From NCBI GenBank assembly GCA_046262775.1, contig JBHEMC010000011.1, forward strand, positions 936 to 64,935: DNA of 64,000 bases. Direction: 5' to 3'. A program made the translations under genes and the position numbers. Below are positions 56,629 to 64,000 of this stretch, piece by piece (position 1 is the stretch's first letter; every line of letters begins with the position of its first letter). Under the pieces are notes generated by a model, which did not search any database, was not told the origin of the DNA, and worked only from the letters and a program-made list of their open reading frames with translations. The stretch is from Pyrinomonadaceae bacterium. GTDB lineage: Bacteria > Acidobacteriota > Blastocatellia > Pyrinomonadales > Pyrinomonadaceae.

Positions 56629-58083
56629 TTGTTACAACCCGCACTTACGCATGGCCCCCTTGCTCGTCTAGGCCAGCGCACCGCGTTTGTGGGCTTACTC
56701 CTTTATTCCGCGATTGCTCCACATTCAATTGCCGGCGCGGAAATTTCTATAGCCATTGCGACTGTCGGCTGGATCGTGCGTACGATGGGAAGCGGCTCGA
56801 CCGGACTGCATCGCTCAAGAATCGACATCGCTGTCGTGTTGTTCCTGGTGTGGACCGCAGCGTCATCCGTTTTATCCGCTGAACCTCGTATCAGCCTGCT
56901 TAAACTATTACCATGCTGGGTTGTTTTAGTGTTCTACCTTACAAGAGCAACGGCAACCAGAACTTTTGCCGCCGTCTTGATTGTCACGCTCGTCGTTTCG
57001 AGTACGGTCGGAACCATTTACAGCATTTTTGATCTGGTAAGAGGCCGCGGAGTAGTAATCGAGTCGATCAATGCGGGCAGTCCACTGCAGCAGTTCGCCA
57101 TTGGCCCAGGCGATACGGTTTGGCGAATAAATAGTCATCGTGTTTATTCAACGAACGACATCGATCAGGAGCTGGGAAAAACTGCGGCAAACGGGACGTT
57201 CACTGTCAGTATCATTTCACGCGGTGAACATGTGGAACGCACTGGAGTCATAACCGCTGCTGTCAAATCGTCGGGCATAGTCGGCAACTCGCGTAATCAC
57301 CATTTTCGAGCCTCGGGCTTCACGCGTCATTATGAAACTTTTTCTGAATTGCTCCAGATGGTTGCTCAACTTGCGTTCGGACTGGCATTGGCACACCTAC
57401 GCAATCATGGCACGAATCGTCTTGTCAAAATTGCACTTGCAGCAACCCTCTTATTGACGGTGGGAATAGCGCTGACTGCAATGCGCACTGTTCTGGTAGC
57501 GTTCGTACTCGCCGCGTTTTTGATGGCGTGGCGCTCTGCCCACGGCGGTGTCAAACTTTTGGTAATCTTTGCATTAATTGCGGTTCTCGGCTTTGGAATG
57601 GTCGTTATATGGAAAACGCGGGCCTCAAGCGCGTTGTCGCTGGCGGATCCAAGTTCCTCATTGCGAACTCGTGTCGCCCAAATCGGCCTCTCGCGCGTGA
57701 TGCTTCATCCCTTTTTCGGTCACGGCATGGACGCAATGAAAAAACATTGGAACGAATGGGGCTTTCCCGGACAGGACATGATTCACCTTCACTCGACGCC
57801 CCTGCAGCTCGCCTTTGATCGAGGACTGCCTGCCCTGCTCATCTGGGTATGGATAATGTTTCTGTTGTGGACAACTATTGCGGCCGCTGAAAAAAGTTTT
57901 TCACAAAGAGCCGATACAAATGCTTACGGAATGCTGCTTGGAATACTTGGAGGGCTTACCGGATTCCTGGCGAGCTCTTTAGTGAATTATAACTATGGCG
58001 ACGGAGAGGTTGCGCTTCTCTTCTGGTTTTTGATGGGCACGGCAGTTGTTATCAGCAGCAAAACGGAAAGCAGAAGAATATAG
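56629..58083 (+). CDS. O-antigen ligase (Wzy_C)-family membrane protein with embedded PDZ-like segment
   Basis: 484 aa, TTG start, polytopic. The Wzy_C-like loop is FGHGMDAMKKHWNEWGFPGQDMIHLHSTPLQLAFDRGLPALLIW. Residues ~139-207 (GRGVVIESINAGSPLQQFAIGPGDTVWRINSHRVYSTNDIDQEL...TFTVSIISRGEHVERTG) read like a PDZ domain. Confidence 0.6.
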   Translation: MLQPALTHGPLARLGQRTAFVGLLLYSAIAPHSIAGAEISIAIATVGWIVRTMGSGSTGLHRSRIDIAVVLFLVWTAASSVLSAEPRISLLKLLPCWVVLVFYLTRATATRTFAAVLIVTLVVSSTVGTIYSIFDLVRGRGVVIESINAGSPLQQFAIGPGDTVWRINSHRVYSTNDIDQELGKTAANGTFTVSIISRGEHVERTGVITAAVKSSGIVGNSRNHHFRASGFTRHYETFSELLQMVAQLAFGLALAHLRNHGTNRLVKIALAATLLLTVGIALTAMRTVLVAFVLAAFLMAWRSAHGGVKLLVIFALIAVLGFGMVVIWKTRASSALSLADPSSSLRTRVAQIGLSRVMLHPFFGHGMDAMKKHWNEWGFPGQDMIHLHSTPLQLAFDRGLPALLIWVWIMFLLWTTIAAAEKSFSQRADTNAYGMLLGILGGLTGFLASSLVNYNYGDGEVALLFWFLMGTAVVISSKTESRRI

Positions 58084-58128
58084 CGATCGACGGCTGTATC
58101 CTTCTACTTTCACTAGTTACCCTTCCAC

Positions 58129-58689
58129 TTATCTCAGTTCGTTTTCACCCTGCACATGCAAGTTGTTCGCTATGGAAAAAACTCCTGGCACGCTGCTCGC
58201 CGCCATGTATGCGAGTGTGCGATCCCCACTGTTCGACACTACGCCTTCCAAGGCGACGTGACCATGGTCCACCACTATGTGAATGGACGGGTTGTTACCT
58301 CCCAGATACCGATACAGTCCGCCTGTGCGAGCAATGGATCGATACGTGGCCACACGGATATCGTCGTCGAACCCGGAGAGTGGCAATACCTTGATGTTAT
58401 TAATAACACGGGCCACACCCGGCAAACGCTTCACGACGCGTTCCGCACCCGAACGGGTTGTCGGTCGTACGACCTGTCCGTAGAGCGTTACGGTACTCCC
58501 GTTGATGCTGTAAGCCAAATTGTCAAAAATTCCATAATAGGGGAGCGTTACTAACTCGTGCCGAATCCTCTTAGCCAATTGACCGTCAGACACTGGATCC
58601 TTCGGCGGGTCAGCCAATGCGTAAACCGGCGCCATTCCAATCAAGATAGCAGCTCCCAGAACTGCGAAAGTACTTTTCACCGTCTTCAT
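58129..58689 (-). CDS. Secreted tandem BON-domain protein
   Basis: ORF trimmed to ATG 58689 (MKTVKSTFAVLGAAILIGMAPVYALA), preceded by GGAAAGGTGGAAGAAG. The two BON-like units are GSTVTLYGQVVRPTTRSGAERVVKRLPGVARVINNIKV and GHVALEGVVSNSGDRTLAYMAASSVPGVFSIANNLHV. Confidence 0.7.
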   Translation of the reverse strand: MKTVKSTFAVLGAAILIGMAPVYALADPPKDPVSDGQLAKRIRHELVTLPYYGIFDNLAYSINGSTVTLYGQVVRPTTRSGAERVVKRLPGVARVINNIKVLPLSGFDDDIRVATYRSIARTGGLYRYLGGNNPSIHIVVDHGHVALEGVVSNSGDRTLAYMAASSVPGVFSIANNLHVQGENELR

Positions 58690-58930
58690 CTTCTTCCACC
58701 TTTCCTTACTCGTCTTACATTCGCTATCCAACTCCGGTTGCTTTGGTGTCTCCTCGCTTTGTCGGGTTGTTTACAACGCGACTGACCTAATATTGTGGTT
58801 GCCTTGTGATTTAAGGAGACACGTTCTCTGTTGAAATAGACACTTCCGGACGCAAACTGGTTACACGTTTCTACAACTTTCTCAGCGCCGTTGCTGTACC
58901 ATGCAGTGCGGACGTTGAGATCAACGACAG

Positions 58931-59797
58931 GTGCTGCCACTCATGACCATGAACCCTTCACCAATCCGAAAGATCTCGGACACAGCCAGGTGGGCTGCCG
59001 TTTACCGGGCCCGCGAGACGGAGCGATCAGACGCGGTATTTCGCGACCCTTTTGCACGACAGCTTGCTGGCGACCGCGGTGAAGACATTGCGAACGCCGT
59101 AAAATTCAGCACGCAAAACAGTTGGTCGTGGATTGCTCGGACGTATGTCTTTGACGCCTTTATTCTCGACCAACTGCGCCAGGGTTGCGATCTCGTAATT
59201 AACCTTGCTGCGGGTCTGGACGCTCGGCCATACCGCATGGAGCTTCCTGCAAATTTCAAATGGATCGAGGTTGACCTACCGGAAGTCATCGAATATAAAC
59301 AGGAAGTATTGTCCGGTGCGACGCCGACTTGTTTGCTCGAGCGGGTTGCTGTGGACCTTACCGATGTCGCCGCGAGACGAGAATTATTTCACCGGCTTGG
59401 CCGACGTGGGGGAAAGGCTCTCATAGTGACTGAAGGGTTCCTCATCTACTTCACGGATGACGAAGCTGCCGCTTTTGCCCAAGATCTTCATGTGCCTGCC
59501 AACTTTCAAAATTGGATCATGGATCTCACTTCTCCAGGTCTCCTCGAACTGTTAAAGAAACGGATGGGCGAGCAAATGGGTGAAGGCGCAGTACTGAGAT
59601 TTGCGCCTGCCGATGCATTTAATTTTTTCCTGCAATATGGTTGGAAAATAACTGAAGCGCGATCGCTGATAAAGGCCGCCTCCCGAATCGATCGCCTTCC
59701 CTGGTTGTTGAAGTTTCTGGCGGTACTGTCGCCGGAGTTTCCGAAACCTAAACAAGCTTCAAAACCGTGGGGCGGTGTCGTCGTGTTGTCGAGGTAA
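58931..59797 (+). CDS. Class I SAM-dependent methyltransferase (LCMT/TcmP-like O-methyltransferase family)
   Basis: 288 aa (GTG 58931; ATG alternatives 58943/58949). It has ISDTARWAAVYRARE near the N-terminus and the SAM-binding block DLVINLAAGLDARPYR. Confidence 0.65.
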   Translation: MLPLMTMNPSPIRKISDTARWAAVYRARETERSDAVFRDPFARQLAGDRGEDIANAVKFSTQNSWSWIARTYVFDAFILDQLRQGCDLVINLAAGLDARPYRMELPANFKWIEVDLPEVIEYKQEVLSGATPTCLLERVAVDLTDVAARRELFHRLGRRGGKALIVTEGFLIYFTDDEAAAFAQDLHVPANFQNWIMDLTSPGLLELLKKRMGEQMGEGAVLRFAPADAFNFFLQYGWKITEARSLIKAASRIDRLPWLLKFLAVLSPEFPKPKQASKPWGGVVVLSR

Positions 59798-59986
59798 CCG
59801 TCGCAATTTTGAGATGGCTGAGTAAGCCACGAGCGAGAAAAAAATGCCTCCACTGGGCATTCGTGGCGCAATTCTTTCTTTTTCTTATTTACTCATCGGC
59901 AAACATAGGAGTACTCTTGAACCTCGCGGACCTCATGCTGCCGCCGATCCGCGAGCCCCATAAAAATCTGTTCTAAGAGGTTCACA

Positions 59987-60553
59987 ATGAAGAGGTGCTC
60001 CCAGTGTCACTTCATCTACGAAGATGACCAAAACCTTTGCGATATGGACGGAAGCGCTCTAGCAAGCGAGCCGGGACTTACGGGGCAGTTGTCTTCCACA
60101 AAAGCCTCGCCGCAAAACAAGGGACCAAAAAGAAGTTTCGCATTTACCGTGATTGCCTTTGTTGTTATCGGGACCGTGCTAATCCTCACATATGGCGCCA
60201 TGCGTAATCGCACGCCCTCGTCGAGTGAAACAACCGCAGCTCAAACGGAAGACGCGACGACAACTGCGGCACCTGCAATTTCAAACGCCCCGGCAGTGGA
60301 CGAATCTAAGTCTAGACAGACGGATTCGTCTCCAGAGCGGTCAGCAGAGCCTGACGGAGTTAGCAAATCGGTGCCGTCACGTTCAGCGCGTATTCCTCAA
60401 CGCGCGAATACGCACAGCAAGAGTGTCGAAAAAATTTCGAGCGCTTCACCGAGTTCGGCAAAATCGTCTCAGGCTGACGCCAAAAAAGATTCAAAGATCG
60501 AAACAGTGCTGAAAAAAACTGGCAACTTTTTTAAAAAGCCTTTTAAACGTTAA
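59987..60553 (+). CDS. Zinc-ribbon / single-TM / low-complexity protein (paralog 1)
   Basis: 188 aa. It starts MKRCSQCHFIYEDDQNLCDMDGSAL, has the TM segment FAFTVIAFVVIGTVLILTYGAM, then an S/T/A/P-rich region and a basic tail KKTGNFFKKPFKR. Confidence 0.55.
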   Translation: MKRCSQCHFIYEDDQNLCDMDGSALASEPGLTGQLSSTKASPQNKGPKRSFAFTVIAFVVIGTVLILTYGAMRNRTPSSSETTAAQTEDATTTAAPAISNAPAVDESKSRQTDSSPERSAEPDGVSKSVPSRSARIPQRANTHSKSVEKISSASPSSAKSSQADAKKDSKIETVLKKTGNFFKKPFKR

Positions 60554-60586
60554 CAGCTTCCGAATCTCAGAGCTGCTTTAGCCCCA

Positions 60587-61204
60587 GTGAAACGCTGCCC
60601 CAAATGCAACTTCATCTACCTCGACGAGGATCAGCTCTGCGATCTCGACGGAGCTACACTTATTGAGGCCAATGAAGCTGAAATCGATTTACCCATTGCA
60701 GCTTTGACAGCTGAAGCGGCGGTCCAACAAAACGCTGCCACCAACAAAGGCAGCACTCGCAGGATTGTGGTCCTTCTTATTGCTGCGGTCTTGGCTTTTG
60801 TGAGTACGACGGCGCTATTGGTTTATGAGAGCGCCCACAGTTTCCGCAACCCGTTAAGTTCCGCACCCGAGCTGCAGAGGGCGACTGTGTCGTCGCGACC
60901 AGAACCGGCACGCCTAGCCAATCCTCAATCGGATCCAGCCGTTGCTTTAGCACCGACGGCGACAATTGCTACTCCGACTCCGGCTGTTCGCTCAACACGA
61001 ACCGCTGTCAGCAACAGTCCTCTCTCAACAGGTTCGCAGGAACAAACACAGACAGGCCACATTGTGATTTATCTCGAGAACGGCGCACAAATAGATGCTG
61101 ATGAAGTGTGGCGGGCGAAAGAAGGTATTTGGTATCGGCGAAGCGGTATGGTCACCTTATTAAATCGGAGTCAAGTTAAGTCGATTGAGAACACAACGCG
61201 TTAA
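60587..61204 (+). CDS. Zinc-ribbon / single-TM / low-complexity protein (paralog 2)
   Basis: 205 aa with a GTG start. It starts MKRCPKCNFIYLDEDQLCDLDGATL, has the TM segment IVVLLIAAVLAFVSTTALLVY, then a P/S/T/A-rich region. It ends in a compact segment GHIVIYLENGAQIDADEVWRAKEGIWYRRSGMVTLLNRSQVKSIE. Confidence 0.55.
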   Translation: MKRCPKCNFIYLDEDQLCDLDGATLIEANEAEIDLPIAALTAEAAVQQNAATNKGSTRRIVVLLIAAVLAFVSTTALLVYESAHSFRNPLSSAPELQRATVSSRPEPARLANPQSDPAVALAPTATIATPTPAVRSTRTAVSNSPLSTGSQEQTQTGHIVIYLENGAQIDADEVWRAKEGIWYRRSGMVTLLNRSQVKSIENTTR

Positions 61205-61316
61205 AGTTCGATCCCCGAGAACACGAGGAATTTGAATTCGTATAAGGTTTGGATCTGTTTTTCGCGTTTCGCGTATAATCCGGCGCACCTGAATCTCGAT
61301 ACCCTCTGGAGGTTAC

Positions 61317-61811
61317 ATGAGAGTTTCCGCGTCCCTTCTCGCACTAATGCTTCTCATCGCTGTCGCAGTTTCATGTCGCTTGGCCGAATCGCTTACGGGA
61401 GATAAGAATGCGGGTACAGTTAGCACTTTGTGGTCAGACGTGCCTCCTTTGGAAGGAGCAACTAAGGCGGATCTTGAAATTCCGCTTGGCGCCCGCTTAG
61501 CCATCCGCGCATTTACTCAAGGCAAGATGAATTTCATTGCTTTTAAGACAACTAAGAGCGCTCAGGAAGTTCAGAGTTTCTATTCAAACGATCGCATGAA
61601 AGCTGCCGGATGGACACCGAGCGATCGTGGATGCATCGGTGATACTGAAGACCAAAGGAATCATGGCGCAGTTTGTCTCTACATTCGAAAGGATGGTGGT
61701 AAACAGGAAGCACTGGCAATTGTGCTGGGCGAGGATGAAAAGACAAAACAGACAGACATATTTTACGCGCGCATAGAGATGCCTAAACCAACTCCGTCAC
61801 CGTCTCCGTAA
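61317..61811 (+). CDS. Secreted/possible lipoprotein, unknown function
   Basis: 164 aa with a signal peptide MRVSASLLALMLLIAVAVSC that has a cysteine at the cleavage-like position, and a C-terminal PKPTPSPSP tail. Confidence 0.5.
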   Translation: MRVSASLLALMLLIAVAVSCRLAESLTGDKNAGTVSTLWSDVPPLEGATKADLEIPLGARLAIRAFTQGKMNFIAFKTTKSAQEVQSFYSNDRMKAAGWTPSDRGCIGDTEDQRNHGAVCLYIRKDGGKQEALAIVLGEDEKTKQTDIFYARIEMPKPTPSPSP

Positions 61812-61992
61812 AGCACGTTCACAGATTACATCGATTACATACAGACGAAAACAGAAGGGACTCGATAGAAACCAGTAAGCGCCAGGTAATTTCTGTCTCT
61901 CGTTTCTACCTTCTGCCTTCGCTCTCCATGATTCCTAAATCTGTGGGCCTGCTTGCTTCTGCCCAATCTCACCTGATGTTATCCTCTTGCGC

Positions 61993-64000
61993 ATGTCGCA
62001 GTCGGAAAAAACACGAATCCTTATTGACGACAAACGAATCAGCATCACGCCTGCTGTCGGTGCGGTATTGCGCGACAGGTACCGTCTCGATAGTGAGTTA
62101 GGCCGGGGCGGTATGGGGATCGTCTATCGCGCAACCGATCTCGAGTTGATGCGCGAAGTCGCCGTGAAGCTTCTAAATACGACTGCCACCACATCCGACG
62201 CTCGTCAGCGCTTAATTCGCGAAGCTCGTGCCGCAGCAGCGTTAAATCATCCGCACATTGTTGCAGTTCACGATGTCGGCGAAGCTGGCGGGTTTCCATT
62301 TCTCGTGATGGAACTGGTAACCGGACCACGATTATCTGACGCGCGCCCTGCTGAGCTTTCCGCCATCGTGGAAATTGCCTCCCAGATTTGCGCTGCGCTT
62401 GAACATGCCCACACTAACAGCATCGTGCACCGCGATCTCAAACCAGACAACGTTCTGCTTGCCGGATCGGCGAGTGCGAGCAATGTAAAGTTGGCAGATC
62501 TTGGTCTCGCCCTGCCGGCATATGGGCCAAAAATTTCCCAGGCCGGCATTATTGTTGGCACCGCCTCCTACATGGCGCCTGAACAGGCGTTAGGCCAACC
62601 GGTCGATGGTCGCGCCGATCTGTACGCACTTGGTGTGCTGCTTTACGAGCTAACGACGGGACGCCTTCCTTTCACCGGTGATGACCCGCTGACAATCGTT
62701 TCGCAACACGTGCATGCTCCCGTCGTGCCGCCACGGGTGCTCCGGCCCAACCTCCCACACGGTCTGGAACTTATCATCATGCGGCTGCTCGCGAAAGATC
62801 CCGATCACCGCTTTGCTTCAGCGGGAGAGACACGCGAGGCGCTGGCAAAAGCGCTGATTGATGAAGCGGAAACCGCAACAAGCGACTCGGCAGGGCGTGT
62901 CGCAATACTCGACGCCTTAGCCAGAGGTCGACTGGTTGGTCGTGCAAACGAACTCGCTGAAGCACGCGATCTATGGCATCGTGCGCGCGAAGGTCACGGT
63001 CACGCGGTTCTCCTAAGCGGCGAACCAGGCGCCGGTAAGACACGTCTCGCACGCGAAATCACCATTCAAGCAGCTGTGGATGGAGCATTAGTGCTCTCTG
63101 GCGGCTGTTACGAATTTGAAGCCACTACCCCGTACTTACCGTTTGTCGAAGCTTTTCGCCGTTGGGTTAGAGAGGAAAAGGACAATGAGAAACTCCGTTT
63201 GGCCCTCGGCGAATCAGCAATCCAGATTGCCAAACTAGCACCGGAAATCGAGAGCAGGCTGGGGCCATTTCCGCAAAGTCACGAACTAGCGCCACACGAA
63301 GAACGACTGCTGTTCTTCGACGGTGTGGTCCAGGTGTTTGCAAACATCGCTCAACGCCAGTCGCTGCTGTTTTACGCCGACGATTTACACTGGGCCGACC
63401 GCGGCACACTTTGGCTTCTGGGCCGTCTCCTCCGGCAGCTCCGCGATGAACCTGTCTTGATCCTCGGCGCCTATCGCGAAACCGAACTCGACCGAGCGCA
63501 TCCGCTCGCCAAGGCCATGGTCGATTGGAACCGCGAACGTCTTATCACACGGATCGTGCTCCGACGTTTTGACGCGAAAGAGACGGAAGCGCAGCTGGGT
63601 GCATTGCTCGGGGAGAGCGTAAGTTCTGAATTTGCCAAAGCAGTACATCGTGAGACAGAGGGAAACCCGTTCTTTGTGGAAGAAGTACTGAAGGCGTTGA
63701 TCGAAAAAGGATCCGTGCGGCGTGAGAGTGGGCGCTGGAAACGTTGCGAACTCGACGATTTATTGATACCTCAAAGCGTGAAAGAAGCCATCGGCAATCG
63801 CCTTGATCGAGTTAAGCAGGAATGTAACGACGTTCTTCGCGTAGGCGCAGTTCTGGGCAAAGTTTTCACGTTCAGCGAGTTGGTTGCCACGGCCCAACAG
63901 AACGAAGACGTGTTACTGGACGCATTGGATGAAGCAGTCGGCGCACAGCTTATAGCAACGGTTGGTGGTGATTCATTTACTTTCACGCACGACAAAATTC
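61993..64000 (+). CDS. Ser/Thr protein kinase fused to AAA/STAND-type NTPase (partial, continues beyond window)
   Basis: Not in the ORF track because no stop occurs before 64000, so I translated it by hand from ATG 61993. Kinase motifs are GRGGMGIVYRA, VAVKLL, HRDLKPDNVLL and GTASYMAPE. The P-loop LLSGEPGAGKTRLARE and LLFYADDLHWADRGTLWLL are typical of AAA_16/STAND modules. Confidence 0.85.
   Translation, partial: MSQSEKTRILIDDKRISITPAVGAVLRDRYRLDSELGRGGMGIVYRATDLELMREVAVKLLNTTATTSDARQRLIREARAAAALNHPHIVAVHDVGEAGGFPFLVMELVTGPRLSDARPAELSAIVEIASQICAALEHAHTNSIVHRDLKPDNVLLAGSASASNVKLADLGLALPAYGPKISQAGIIVGTASYMAPEQALGQPVDGRADLYALGVLLYELTTGRLPFTGDDPLTIVSQHVHAPVVPPRVLRPNLPHGLELIIMRLLAKDPDHRFASAGETREALAKALIDEAETATSDSAGRVAILDALARGRLVGRANELAEARDLWHRAREGHGHAVLLSGEPGAGKTRLAREITIQAAVDGALVLSGGCYEFEATTPYLPFVEAFRRWVREEKDNEKLRLALGESAIQIAKLAPEIESRLGPFPQSHELAPHEERLLFFDGVVQVFANIAQRQSLLFYADDLHWADRGTLWLLGRLLRQLRDEPVLILGAYRETELDRAHPLAKAMVDWNRERLITRIVLRRFDAKETEAQLGALLGESVSSEFAKAVHRETEGNPFFVEEVLKALIEKGSVRRESGRWKRCELDDLLIPQSVKEAIGNRLDRVKQECNDVLRVGAVLGKVFTFSELVATAQQNEDVLLDALDEAVGAQLIATVGGDSFTFTHDKI

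Noticed and set aside
1-64000. Scanned for CRISPR arrays, IS/transposase ends, long direct or inverted repeats and rRNA.
   Set aside because: I saw no regularly spaced 25-40 nt repeats and no transposase, integrase or recombinase ORFs. There are no rRNA-like conserved blocks. Only the short leader repeats and palindromes reported above were found.

Overview
The window is a gene-dense, mostly housekeeping chromosomal segment. About 53 protein genes can be supported. Protein content suggests an Acidobacteria-like soil bacterium, but that is inference only and was not checked against any database.

Contents, left to right:
- A TetR-MFP-RND-TolC efflux operon.
- A yqjD/yqjE-like stress membrane-protein trio.
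- An M28 peptidase, then topA-dprA.
- A selenocysteine tRNA (anticodon UCA).
- An aerobic benzoyl-CoA (box) cluster: boxC-boxB, a TetR regulator, a decayed methyltransferase pseudogene, two enoyl-CoA hydratases and an SDR. No boxA is present.
- A GT39-like membrane glycosyltransferase, maf, a DUF721/DciA-like gene and gatCA.
- An Fe3+/thiamine-type ABC importer followed by a large PIG-L/LmbE deacetylase fusion.
- glnA-glnE, then speA plus a deoxyhypusine-synthase-like gene.
- A TPR / AlkP-family / ABC-ATPase cluster.
- thrC, a Cof-type HAD hydrolase, a cyclophilin and thiE-thiD.
- A large TPR protein, an O-antigen-ligase-like protein with an embedded PDZ-like segment, a BON protein and a SAM methyltransferase.
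- Two tandem zinc-ribbon membrane paralogs, a secreted protein, and a Ser/Thr kinase-AAA fusion that runs off the right edge.

I saw no rRNA, CRISPR array, transposase, integrase or prophage. I did not find an unmistakable new multi-gene system.

The best second-look candidates are:
1. The boxA-less box cluster with its promoter/operator.
2. tRNA-Sec and the UGA recoding it implies.
3. A 400-nt hairpin-rich gap between convergent genes (9525-9930).
4. The zinc-ribbon paralogs upstream of the kinase-AAA gene.
5. The PDZ-in-Wzy_C architecture.
6. An ABC ATPase with no intact permease.
7. Recurring short tandem repeats in 5' leaders.

All functional calls rest on motif recognition by eye. Coordinates of trimmed starts were worked out by hand.
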